Origin: Okamejei kenojei
Lineage: Eukaryota
Direction: 5' to 3'
Assembly (NCBI GenBank): GCA_035221665.1
Contig: CM069132.1
Location: 75,268,001 to 75,332,000 of the forward strand
DNA: 64,000 nt
Of the stretch, positions 50,498 through 61,995 are shown piece after piece. Made by a program: the position numbers and the translations under genes. A model generated the notes under the pieces. It worked only from the letters and a program-made list of their open reading frames with translations, had not been told where the DNA came from and ran no database searches. Within the stretch, counting starts at the first letter, position 1. Each line of letters begins with the position of its first letter.

Positions 50498-50811
50498 AGT
50501 TTAGTTTAGATAAGCAGCATGGTAACACAACCCTCAACCTACTGTGTCCATGCTGATCATTGATCACTGTTCATACTAATTCACACAAGTTCACTGGTTC
50601 ACACTCATCCACACCCTACATACGATGGCAGGATTTAGGGGCCTATTGACCTACAAATCCGCACATTTTTGAGATGTGTGAGGAAACTGGAGCACCCGAT
50701 AAAATTCCATGTGATTACAGGCAGAACGTGCAAACTCCACACAGACAGCAAATAAAGTCAGGATCGAACCCACATCTTTGGCGCGTGCTCTACCAATTGC
50801 GCCACTGCACT
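50498..50811 (-). mobile_element. V-SINE (HE1-like)
   Basis: Minus-strand gtggcgcaattggtagagc..gggttcgatcctgac head plus V-domain. Confidence 0.8.
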
Positions 50812-51097
50812 GCCCTGTGATGGGGACAGGGAGATCGAGAAAGGGAAGAAAGGTATCAGAGATAGTCTAAGTGAATTTGAGAACAGGGTGGAAGTTAGTG
50901 GTAAAGTTGAATTTATTGACGCAGTCATCAATGTAGCAAAGAAAGAGTGGGGGTGTGGTGCAGGTAATTTGGAACAAGCTGCGTTCAATGTAACCAACAA
51001 AGAAACAGGCATTGTTGCGGCTTGTGAGTGCCTATGGTTATACCTTTGACGAAGAAGAACAAGTAGGCTTTTGTCTATATAAATGTTTCCTAATAAT

Positions 51098-51550
51098 CAT
51101 AGTCATATAGTCATACAGCATGGAAACAGGCCCTTCAGCCCAAAATACCCACACCGACTAACATATACTATCTACACTAGTCCCACCTGCCTGCATTTGG
51201 CCCATATCCCTTTAAACCTGTCCCATCCATGTACCTGTCCAAATGTTTCTTAAACGTTGCGATAGTACCTGCTTCACCTACCTCCTCCGGCAACTTGTTC
51301 CTTACACCCACCACCCTTTGTGTGAAAAAGTTACCCATCCGATTCCTATTAAATATTTCTCCCCTCATCTTAAACCAAAGTGGCCTGGTACTCTATTCCC
51401 CTATTGTGGGCAAGAGTCTCTGTGCATCTTCCCATTCTATTCATCTCATGATTTTGTACATCTCTATAAGATCATCCCTCATTCTCCTGTGCTCCGAATA
51501 GAGTTCTAACCTGTTCAACCTCTCCCTACCTCAGGCCCTCGAGTTCTGGC
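51098..51550 (-). mobile_element. CR1 3' fragment
   Basis: NFFTQRVVGV.NKLPEEV..A.T...FKKHLDRYM. Confidence 0.88.
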
Positions 51551-51630
51551 TTGAAAGAAAAATCCTAATTCTGATATGTTCTTCAAAAGGTGCACTTTTC
51601 AACACTTTAGAACTATACAGAGTATACTTT

Positions 51631-53470
51631 GGGTACACAAAAGGCTGGAGAAACTCAGCGGGTGCAGCAGCATCTAAGGAGCAAAGGAGATAGGCAACGC
51701 TTCGGGCCGAAACCCTTCTTCAGACTGATGGGAGGTGGGGGGGGGGGAGAAGAAAGGAAAAAGGAGGAGGAGCCCGAGGGCTGAGGGAGAGGTGGGAAGG
51801 GGAGGAGACAGCAAGGGTTAACAGAATTGAGAACATTCAATGTTCAAGCCCAGAGGATGCAGACTTCCCAAGCGGAATATGAGGTGCTGTTCCTCCAATT
51901 TGGCGGTGTTGCTCACTCTGGCCATGGAAGAGGCCCCAGGACAGAGAGGTCGAATATGGAATGGGAGGGGGAGTTGAAGTGCTGAGCCACCGGGAGTATC
52001 GGGTTGGTTATTGGGGACCGAGCGGAGTTTGTTCGGCGAAACGATCACCAAAACCTCCGCTTGGTCTCACCAATATAGATCAGCTGGCATCTAGAGCAGC
52101 GGATGCAGTAGATGAGGTTGGAGGAGGTGCAGGTGAACCTCTGTCAGACCTGGAAGGACTGCTTGGGTCCCTGAAAAGAGTGGAGGGGGGAGGTGAAGGG
52201 ACAAGTGTAGCATCTCTTGCGGTTGCAAGGGAAAGTGCCCGGGAAGGGGTGGAGTGGGAGGGAAGGGAATAATTGACAAGGGAGTTGTGGAGGGAGCAGT
52301 CTTTGCGGAAGGCAGACGGGGGGAGATGGGAAGATGTGGCGAGTGGAGGGGTCACGTTGGAGGTGGCAAAACTGGCGGAGGATGTGTTGTATGCGCCGGC
52401 TGGTGGGGTGAAAGGTGAGGACCAGGGGGACTCTGCCCTTATTGCGAATGGGGGAATGGGGAGAGAGGGCAGTGTTGCGGGGTATGGAGGAGACCCTGGT
52501 GCGAGCCTCATCTATAGTGGGGGAGGGGAATCCCCGTTCTCTGAAGAATGAGGACATTTGTGATGACCTGGTGTGGAACACCTCATCCTGGGAGAAGATG
52601 CGGCGTAGACGGAGGAATTGGGAATAGGAGATGGAGTCCTTACAGGAAGCAGGGTGGGAGGAAGAGTAGTCCAGGTAGCTGTGGGAGCCAGTTGGTTTTT
52701 AGTGGATGAAGGTCAGGAGTGTATCACCTGCAATAGAGATGGTGAGGTCAAGGAATGGTAGGGAAGTGTTGGAAATGGTCCAGGTCTATTTGAGTGCCGG
52801 ATGGAAGTTGGTGGTGAAATGGATGAAATCAGTCAGTTGTGTGTGGGTGCAGGAGGTGACTCCAAAGCAGTCGTCGATGTAACGGAGGTAGAGGTCGGGG
52901 ATGGGGCCCTGGTGCGCCGAGAACAAGGATTGTTCGACGTACGCGACAAAGAGGCAAGCGTTGCTGGGGCCCATGCGTGTGCCCATAGCTACGCCGTGTG
53001 TTTGGAGTAAATGGGAGGAGTCAAAAGAGAAGTTATTGAGGGTGAGGACCAACTCCGCTAGGCGGAGGAGGGTGTCAGTGGACGGGTATGGGTCGCTCCT
53101 CTGGTCGAGGAAGAATCGGAGGGCTTTGAGACCATCCTGGTGGGGGGTGGAGGTGTAGAGTGACTGGACGTCCATGGTGAAGATGAGAGGATGGGGGCCT
53201 GGAGAATGGAATGCGCGGAGCCGACAGAGAGTGTCTGAGGTGTCTTGAACATAGGTGGGAAGGGATTTAACCAAGGGGGATAGGATAGAGTCAAGGTATG
53301 TGGAAATGTGTTCGGTTGGGCACGAACAGGCAGAGACAATGGGTCTGCCAGGGCAGTCAGGTTTGTGGATTTTGGGGAGAAGGTAAAATCAGGCCGTGCG
53401 GGGCTGGGAAATGATGAGGTTGGAGGCTCGGGGGGGGCAGCGAGCCGGAGTTGATGAAGTCGGTTATGGT
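51631..53470 (-). mobile_element. Penelope-like retroelement, young, same family as 34406-35955
   Basis: RPIVS, TMDVQSLYT, GVAMGTRMGP and LRYIDD RT motifs; GIY-YIG region; same tail end ggctggagaaactcagcgggtgcagcagcatctaagg. Confidence 0.95.
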
Positions 53471-54054
53471 CCATAGCAAGTTCGTTTGCCTCAAGTCGTG
53501 TCCACGTATGATCCATGCGTTCGCAAGCCGACAATGGCTCCCTGTAAGGCAACCTGTCTAGTTTAAAACTCTGATCGTTGTTTTCAAAGCCCACTATTCC
53601 CTTTGCACCTACGCAGTCCAAAGCAGATTCACCAGGCAAATTCCCGAGAGAGAAGGGTGCATGCTATTAAGAGAGCTAAACAGTTTGGTGTTGTATTCCT
53701 TGGCATTTATTAGAATGAGGGCGACCTTATTAATCAAATAAGATACTAAGAGGACTTGTCTGGTAAGTATAGAGATACCTACCACAAGTTCTACTATGGA
53801 GATATACATCTTACCACTGGTGGGATAGTCACAAGTAAGGTGACACAGTGACAGAATAAGGTAATTTAAAACTGAGGTGCTTCGAAATTTAAGGGCAGGC
53901 CATTAGATATATCTAAGATCGAGCCAAATAAATAATTCAAAGATCAATGAATTGAGGGTAATGGGAAACTGACATAGAAGAGGATTTGAAGCCAGCATAG
54001 ATCAGCGGGACAGGCTTGAGGGACCAATTAGCTAAATTCCCGCTATTTTCTTAT

Positions 54055-54159
54055 AAAGGACAAAAAATTGCTGGAGTAACTCAACGAGTCAGACATGGAT
54101 AGGTAATGTTTCGGGTCAAGTCCCTTTTTCAGTCTCCAGCATCTGCAGTTCCGTGTATC
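54055..54159 (-). mobile_element. Penelope-tail mini-insertion with 12-bp TSD
   Basis: CTATTTTCTTAT at 54043-54054 and 54160-54171. Confidence 0.8.
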
Positions 54160-55336
54160 CTATTTTCTTATGTACCTGTAACCTCTACCTGCCAGAAAAT
54201 GTTCATTAGATAGTTGCAGGATCCTGGAATTTTAATTACTCCATCATTGGGAGCTGCAACTTCAGCTGCTATCATCTCAGCCTTTGGAATTCCCTCTCTA
54301 AGCCTTCCAACTTCTCTATATTTGTCCTCTCTTTTAAGACACTTATTCATCCCTTCACCTCCCCTAATTACTCATTTTGTTTGATAGTAACTCTTGAGAA
54401 CCACCTTGCTATATAATTACAGATTGTTGATGTGGAAATGTATTTGTACCAAAATGCAATTCAGTGATCTGCGCTTGGCATTGGTTCTACTTTAGCTCCA
54501 GTTGACAGCAGGTTAGTAGTTAAAAGTAAACAGGGTCAAGGAAGCAATTTTACATTTATATAGAAGAGTTGTGCAAAACCCCGTCGTAAAGATGGCTATA
54601 CTGACAATCCAAACACTCTTGAGGCCTCAGAATAAGGTTTAAATCCTGAACACCCTGAGTGCTCTTTGTGTTCTTTCATCCAACTGCACTCCATTGTTAT
54701 GCACTCCATTGACTACACTCCAATGGGCCAATGGAGTCCAACACAAGAGCATTGACTTCCTGCAGATTCTCATTAGACCCATTATATGTTCAATGGGTCC
54801 ATTCATTCCAATGTAGAGGCACAACACCAAGGCAGATAAATATTTTTGAGGTAAATTTACAATGTTTTGAATTGCAAGCATTTAATTTGAATAAGGCTTT
54901 ATGTATTTCATTGGTCTTAAATGTTCATTTCTAGTTCAATTGTTTATTTGATTTTTATTATTTAAATTTAATTTTAATTGTATAATTAATGTCATACGGT
55001 TTTGATTGTTTGTTAATGTCAGTGACAATTGATGACAGCTTTGACTGCAGGAATCTCAAAATGGTAAAAGCACAAGCGAGACCTCTCAGCTTCTCCTCCA
55101 TCCGTGCTTTCTGCAGGGAAAGTGCAACTAATCCCACTTCTTTTCCCCGTCCAAACGAAAACTAGTGAAACCCATGCCCCAATAATTTATGGTTGCTAAT
55201 ATTGATCACAGTTTATTATTTCTAATTTAAATCTAAATGCCCTGGCAGTGAAAGGATTTTGTCATTTGTTAACATCTCTGTTTTGGCAACCCAGTATATA
55301 ACCACTCTTCCACCATCCCCCACACTGGCATTTGCT

Positions 55337-55408
55337 TTATAAGTTCGGGGTAATGGTCTTCCCTTTCTGTCGCCACTTATTAATTTGACTTTGCACATCA
55401 GCGAGAAT
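55337..55408 (-). CDS. Possible terminal coding exon of a convergent gene (ILADVQSQINKWRQKGKTITPNL*)
   Basis: Minus-strand acceptor gtatgtcttcag, short open frame to TAA, then AT-rich UTR-like DNA with AATAAA near 54945; no upstream exon established. Confidence 0.2.
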   Translation of the reverse strand: MLADVQSQINKWRQKGKTITPNL

Positions 55409-55824
55409 CTGAAGACATACACATGATGACCACATTGAATTGTTTTATATCCCATGACGAGAGATATATCAGGTGGTCAATTATAATGAAACAGGGTATT
55501 CTGCACACATTTTACTGCAATTCACGCATATTCCCTGCCAAAGAGTATAATTGTAGTAATAAATCAAAGAACATTTTCTTTAACACAAACCCATTTCCTG
55601 CCAAATATTCAATTTTGTCCTACAGTTATTAACCTTCATCAATGTTGACTGGTTAGGTTTTGCTCTTCAAATGTTATCCAGCCTGCAACTGGCACCCAGC
55701 ACCAAACCAGCAGGGAACAAGAGGGAGGATGACCAAATGACTGGTCACAGAGCATCATGTTAAAGAGTGTGTTGAACAAAGGATGAGATAGAGGGATGAG
55801 GTAGAGTATGATAATGACGATAAA

Positions 55825-56140
55825 ACCTTTTTTTATTATTCAGTTTAGTTTATTGTCACATTGTACTGAGGTACAGTGAAAACCTTTTGTCGCGTGCCAT
55901 CCAGTCAGCAGAAAGACAATATACGATTACAATCGAGCCATATACAGTGTATATATGCATAATAAGGGAATAACGTTTAGTGCAAGGTAAAGCCAGCAAA
56001 GTCCGATCAAGTGTAGTCCGAGGGTCACCAATAAGTTAGATAGTAGTTCAGCACTGCTCTCTGGTTGTGGTAGGATGATTCAGTTGCCTGATAACAGCTG
56101 GGAAGAAACTGTCCCTGAATCCGGAGTATGGGTTTTCACA
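55825..56140 (-). mobile_element. Rex1-type LINE 3' tail
   Basis: Minus strand: ttcagggacagtttcttcccagctgttatcagg...cactgtacctcagtaca.tgtgacaataaactaaactg. Confidence 0.75.
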
Positions 56141-56783
56141 CTATGTTGATTGTGCTGATTGGGGACTAAGTATATTGGTCATGATGCCACACACATCTTT
56201 TATGTCTGCTTGAGAGAGCAGACCAGACCTTCGTTTAATCTCTCATTTGAAAGAGGGTACCTCTGGTAGTGCACCATTTGATTAGCACAAAGATCATTTT
56301 AAAGTTGAGCTGAGATATTTAGTTCTCAAGTCTCTGAAGTATGGCTTGAGCTTACAAACCTCAGACTCAGAGTCTGAAGTGCAACCACTGAGAGCTAACA
56401 GTGTGTGCCTGACAACTATTCAAGGAGAGTTCAAGCATATTTCAGCATCTTAACAAGGCCAGCTCACAAGCCTTGCATTGTACCCATCAGTGAGACGACA
56501 ACAGACGCTGGTGGATGGATCAGAAGAAGGAGACAAAGAGGAATAATGTAAAAGCAAGATGACCAAGCCCAAGTTTAAGATACCGTGAAAGGTAATTGAC
56601 TCCATTAGCTTGTGAATCCCTTATTCGAGGCAATATCTTTTCATGGATCAGAACTGCTGAAAACTGCAAGTGAACACCAATCATTTTGTGTGGATTCCAA
56701 TTATTAGAGTTGGCTCCTTTTATAGAGAAAAAATCATAACTAAAATTTAACGAAAAAGGTGTAAAGTTTATTTTTACGAATTA

Positions 56784-58339
56784 CTAGAATAAGTGGGACC
56801 CGTTGGGTCCCTGTCATACAGGAGGCTTGGTCCCCCAATGCAATATTCCACCATTCACCCATAGCCCCCAACTGCACAGGCGCAGCTCATTTCCCCTCAT
56901 CCCTAGCACTCTCTCCCCCTCCTCCACCCTCCCTCTTCTTTCCCTTCTCCTCCTCCACTCCCCAATCCCTCCCTCACCTCTCTCTTCCTCTCCTTTCCCC
57001 TACCCTCAGTCACTCCCTCCCTCCCTCCATAACTCCTCTCCCCTTGCTACCCCCTCTATTCCCCATCTCCCCCACTCCTCACTATAGATCAGTGTCACTC
57101 ATGTTGTCATGCTTTTGTAGTTATGCCCACTAGCTTTACAATAACCCTCCCTGCCTGGTTCCCGCATTATTAGAAAAACGTGCTAGCATGAAGTGATCTG
57201 TGCTATGTCATTAATAAAGTCTTTGGACCTTTATCACGGTGTAAGGCTTCAGTTATTTGGACAGCCGCAACACAACACTCACCCTCTACCCCCCCACTAT
57301 TATCCCTCACCTCCCCCACTGCCCTCCTCTCCCTCTATTCCCAAACTCCCTACCCCCCCACCTCTCCCCTCTTCCTCCCTCCTCTACTCCCCCCTCCTCT
57401 CCTTCTATTCCCCCTCCTTTCCCATTCTCCCTCCTCACCTCCGCCCTCTTCTTTTCATTCTCCTCCTCCCCTCGCCAAATCCAATCCTCACCTCTTCCTC
57501 CCTCTCCTTTCCCCTACTCTCAGTCACTCACTCCCTCCCTCCACAGCTCCTCTCCCCTTCCTTATCCCCTCCTCTCCTTCTACACCCTCTCCTCCCCAAG
57601 TCTCCCTCCCCAGAATCTCGAGGTTGCCACTTCTCTCCCTTCTTGCGTGTCCTGGAGGAGCATCAGCCATCGGCGCCCACAAAGCCAGGTCTCGGTTTGG
57701 CCCAGAAACAACAGCAGCTGGGGGGGGGGGGGGGGGGGAAAGAGAGAAAGAGCTCAGAAAAAAGATGGGGAAGAGCCATGGGGGAGAGGGGGAGGGTATC
57801 ACGGGGACGGGGCAGGAGCCAGCGAGGGGGATCCATGTGGAGCTGCAGGGCATTGCGATGGCAGTGCATTTGGGATTCACAGCGGGTGCTGGACGCTCTC
57901 CTCCACCAGGATCAGACTCTCCCCTTTCTGTTTGGTGACATTGCTGAGCTGCTGGGCTGCTGCTTGCAGCTGGGCTGCTTCGGGTCCCTCCAAAAGTCCA
58001 GTTGGAAACCTCCGCCGCCTTTCCTCAGTTCCAGTAAAGACGCGATAGCACAAGAAGGGGCCGACCATCCCGGGAAGTGACAGGGGAAGAGACTAATCCG
58101 CGCGGCGCTGGAAGACAGGAGAAGAGATCGATCTGCGCATGCACGTTTGTTAAGATTTTTAAACCTCGCTAACTTTGACGACATTGAACCAATTGGAACA
58201 AAACTTGGTGGACTCGCAGCATAGGAGAACGGTGAGTGAACTGGCGAAAAATTGTAGTGCTGTCGCGAACCATTTTTGCGCAAATAGAATGACCGCCAAA
58301 CCAGAAGATAACAAGATCAGAGTTTTAGTTATGTATAGA
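56784..58339 (-). mobile_element. Complete non-autonomous Helitron
   Basis: Minus strand A|TCTATACATAACTAAAACTCTGATC ... GGGACCC-AAC-GGGTCCC (56795-56811) ... CTAG|T; inserted at an A|T site with no TSD. Confidence 0.9.
57083..57277 (+). mobile_element. Probable solo LTR inside the Helitron
   Basis: 195-bp AT-richer insert in a C/T tract; CTCAC duplicated at 57078-57082 and 57278-57282; ends ..AACA; AATAAA at ~57213; starts TA rather than TG. Confidence 0.5.
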
Positions 58340-58788
58340 TTTTCATGAAGTTTATCTTTCATTGCCACTTAACTTGAAATGAAGTTAGTTGTGGCATTAG
58401 CTGTTTACAGGCTGCCTGTAAAAAGAAATTCCAACAATTGCTTTAACATGAAAGTGAAATATGTTTCATACGAAGGGAGCTAAATAGGTTTTATTGATTT
58501 CAAATCACTTAAATACTCAGAAGGCTAAAAAGCAGACAGCTGGAAAGGTTGACATTCTCAAAAAGAGTAAATCATACTCTGTGTTGAAATATGCGATGCT
58601 TGTATTTTGTCAGTTGAATATTAAAAGGCTCTCTCAACTAAATATGCATAATGCATCAATTATACTATAAAGTACCTATTTTGTTGTGCTTGTTATTCCT
58701 TGGTTTAACCCTGGTTTCTGAAATTGAATAGAACTACAGGTTGAACTGTGATTTCCCAGCACCCTTGGTTCCAGTGCCTTTCTGGATT

Positions 58789-58898
58789 CCCCCTTTTCTA
58801 TGACTTTCAGTCTGAAGAAGGGTCTCGACTCAAACATCACCTGTTCTTTCTCTCCAGAGATGCTGCCTGTCTGACTGAGTTGCACCAGCATTTTGTGT
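58789..58898 (+). mobile_element. Penelope-tail mini-insertion with 11-bp TSD
   Basis: CTTTCTGGATT at 58778-58788 and 58899-58909; contains ctgaagaagggtctcgact. Confidence 0.8.
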
Positions 58899-59349
58899 CT
58901 TTCTGGATTATCCGTTTTTCCAGACCAGCAGAAGTCACGTGACAATGTAAGGACAATACACCCCTGGTCCACTAATGACACTCCTCCCGTGTCTCGAAAG
59001 CACCACGGAGTGCCAGAAACGTAAATAAAACAAATATGAATTGTAAACTGAATGTGAATGGAATGACCTGACAACCCATCCCCAGCTTCCACTGTCTCCC
59101 CGGTCGTTTTGAGACTCGGCTTCTGGCCCCACTCCCGACTTGCAAAGTGCACCAATGCGCCCCACTTCATCCACCCTTCTTCAGCCTGATACAGTCGGCT
59201 AAGGTACTCCAGCATTTTTAGCCGTTTCACTTTAAAACTAGGTGCCGATGCCACTGGTCTGCAACAGTGAGCCTTTCTTCATCGCTTCACACGGCTATAG
59301 TTGAAGCTTTCTTTGGGTCGCCACCCCTTCTCCCTCGCCCCCTCTTCTC

Positions 59350-59790
59350 ATTTGGTCCATCAAGTCTACACTGCCATTCAATTAGGGCTGATCTATCTTT
59401 CCTCTTAACCCCATTCTCTTGCTTCCTGACAATAACCCCTGACACTCTTACCAATCGTGTATCTGTCAATCTCCGCCTTAAAAATACCCAACGACTAGGC
59501 CTCCACAGCCACCTGTGGCAATGAATTCCACAGATTCACCATGCTCTGACTAAATAAATTCCTCCTCATCTCTTTTCTAAAAGGACGCCGTTTTATTCAG
59601 AGGCTATGCTCTCTGGTTCTAGGTTCTCCCACTAGCAGAAACATCGTCTCTATATCCACCCCAGCCAGGCCTTTCACTATTTGATAACTTTCCATGAAGT
59701 TCCCCCTCATCCTTTTAAACTCCAGAAAGTACAGGCCCAGTGCCGTCAAATGCTCGTCATAAGTTAATCCAATCATTACTGGGATGAATT
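59350..59790 (-). mobile_element. CR1 3' fragment
   Basis: GL.Y.E.L.ALGLY.LEFKRMRG...TR.HSL. Confidence 0.85.
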
Positions 59791-60559
59791 GGGTTAAATC
59801 ATGATAGGTATTACGTTTCAGCACTGCTAATGACAACCATATCATGTGAATTGATTCATAAAATATAGAATTGGAGTAATTGTGCCACTAATAGAGAACA
59901 CGCCACACATTCACACAGGGGAATGACTACCTGCTGGAAGGTAGTGGGGAAGCCCTGCCACTCTCAGCGGAATTGAATCTCGCCAATTTCTATAAGCGTT
60001 CCAACATTATGTATTTTTGTTCTTTAATTTCATATAAAATATGAGTAGATTAAGTTATTAAAACTTCAGACCAATATGCTTAATCCATTTGAATTTGAAT
60101 GATACATATCAAAATATATCCCAAGGCTTTGAATTTCACACATATCTGCAATGTCATTAAGAGGATTAATGGCTCCTTATGCACTAGTTCCAGATGTGGG
60201 ATTGACATAGAAAGGAACACATCCAGGTTGAGAAGTTGTTATTAGCTTCCAGCTCTCAATTAAAGTCACATTACTTTTAAAGAATATTAACCTCAGGCCA
60301 CCTTTATAGTTTGTGGATTTCTGATGGACACAGATTCATCAGATGGAGTAGACAATGAGACTGAGGGAAAGAAATTGTTAACTAGGTCTTCTACACCTCA
60401 AGTCTGCAAATGACAAACCAGCCTAATGGTCTGAGCTATTTCTGGGAAGCCTATGTATAGAGCTGGAAATCAAAAGACTGTACATCTGCTTTACACTCCC
60501 CATAGGAATTGAATAGTCATAGAGGTCCCCATCTAAGACTATTCAGCGTGGAAATTAAT

Positions 60560-60975
60560 GCATCATGGAAACAGGCTCTTCAGCCCAACCTTTTTCTATC
60601 CATGTACCTGTCCAAATATCATTAAAATGTTGTGATTGTACCTACATCAAACACTGTCTCTGGAAGCTCATTCCATGTAAGCACCACCCTCTGTGTGAAG
60701 CGATTGTCCCTTATATCCCTTTTGAACCTTTTCTGGCTCATCTTAAACATATACCCTCTAGTTTTCGATTCCCCTTCCCTGGGAACAAGGCATTCACCTA
60801 ATATATGCATCCTGCGCATTCACCTAATACAGGCGAGGTGCCCGAAGACTGGAGGGTGGCATATGTTGTTACTCTATTCAAGATTGGCAGCAAGGAAAAG
60901 CCTGGGATCTATAGACCAGTGAGTCTAACATTTGTGGTTGGAAAGCTACCAGAGTATTCCGAGGGATAAGATAAC
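60560..60975. mobile_element. CR1 fragments (3' piece on the minus strand, RT-upstream piece on the plus strand)
   Basis: FTQRVV..WNELP on - (60622-60800); GEVPEDWRVA.V...YRPVSLT on + (60825-60975). Confidence 0.75.
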
Positions 60976-61995
60976 ACCAGGAAGTTCCCAGGCTTGGTTG
61001 ACTTGATTGAATAATAGTGTCTCAACTGTGTGTCCATTCATACACCCATTTCCAAACTCTTTGGTTGAAGCAACTTGTCAATATCCATTCTGTGGACCTG
61101 GAGTGACTCTGCATCCTTACATTTTGTCCCATGTAACATGCATTACAATGTCTCTTATAACATCATATACATTTGTCTTTCATTATTGAAGGCAGGTTGA
61201 TGAACATTTTTTTGTAACTGAGCATCATTATAAACCAACAGCATTTATTGTTTTCAAACAAAATATGGAAATTAAACGAATAAAATCCGCGCCTCAATTC
61301 ATTTCCCATTATTCCTTGATTTGTGCACAACAATAAATCTGCAAAGCAAACTCAAATCTCAGTGAAAATCAATTTCCAAGGTAGCCGTTCCTAATCTAAC
61401 TCGTTCTATTGTCTCTGGTAAAGATTGTGCATTCATGTGCCTAGCCAGGAGTTTTTGTCTGTCCTAAGAGTAAACTGAATTAATTTATTTCTCCTCAGCT
61501 TGCATACCAATGAAAGCCTTTTTGATTTAATTAATCCATAAGGGGGCTTCCATTGACTGAGCAAAAAATAAATAAATTATCATTTCTGTTAATGGTTGAA
61601 GATATTTGATTCTTAGTGTTGCAAATATTTATCTAATGGACTCTTAGGGTTTTCCCATTGTTCAAAAGTTGTAAGAGCACTGGAAGATAAGCAGTGCCAT
61701 AGCCTGATGCCATTCTCTCACTGGCCATGAAATGCTCGGGATGGAATGCAATAAATTGCAATGATTCTGTTATGAACACCTCCAAGTACTGCAGCATAGC
61801 CTAGAATGCAGGTCCACTGGCTTTGTGAGTTAACCTCTTAAACGCTAAAAATAATTTTACAGTAAATCTTAACATTAGCCATAAGAGTCCACAAAGTATT
61901 ACAGGATGAACGAAAGGTGAACTAATATTGGTTGTTAGTTTGTTTTTACGTGTGTGGGTGTGAGGGTGTGTATACTGTGTTTTTAAAAGTTATAT

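Larger units (their letters stand above)
48470..51045 (-). mobile_element. Old Penelope element interrupted by two V-SINEs and a CR1
   Basis: RRNKDRVSLVLTFHPTS remnant; tail at 48470-48570; pieces at 48940-49495, 50290-50490 and 50812-51045. Confidence 0.75.

Noticed and set aside
57193-58080. 295-aa and 263-aa P/S/L-rich ORFs
   Set aside because: C/T low-complexity interior of a Helitron.
58912-59266. LTR- or TIR-like segment (cagaccag...ctggtctg) with GTCACGTGAC
   Set aside because: Only a short inverted match and no convincing TSD.
59930-61100. Scattered minus-strand exon-like segments (~59990, ~60360, ~61097)
   Set aside because: Weak donors and no consistent phase chain.
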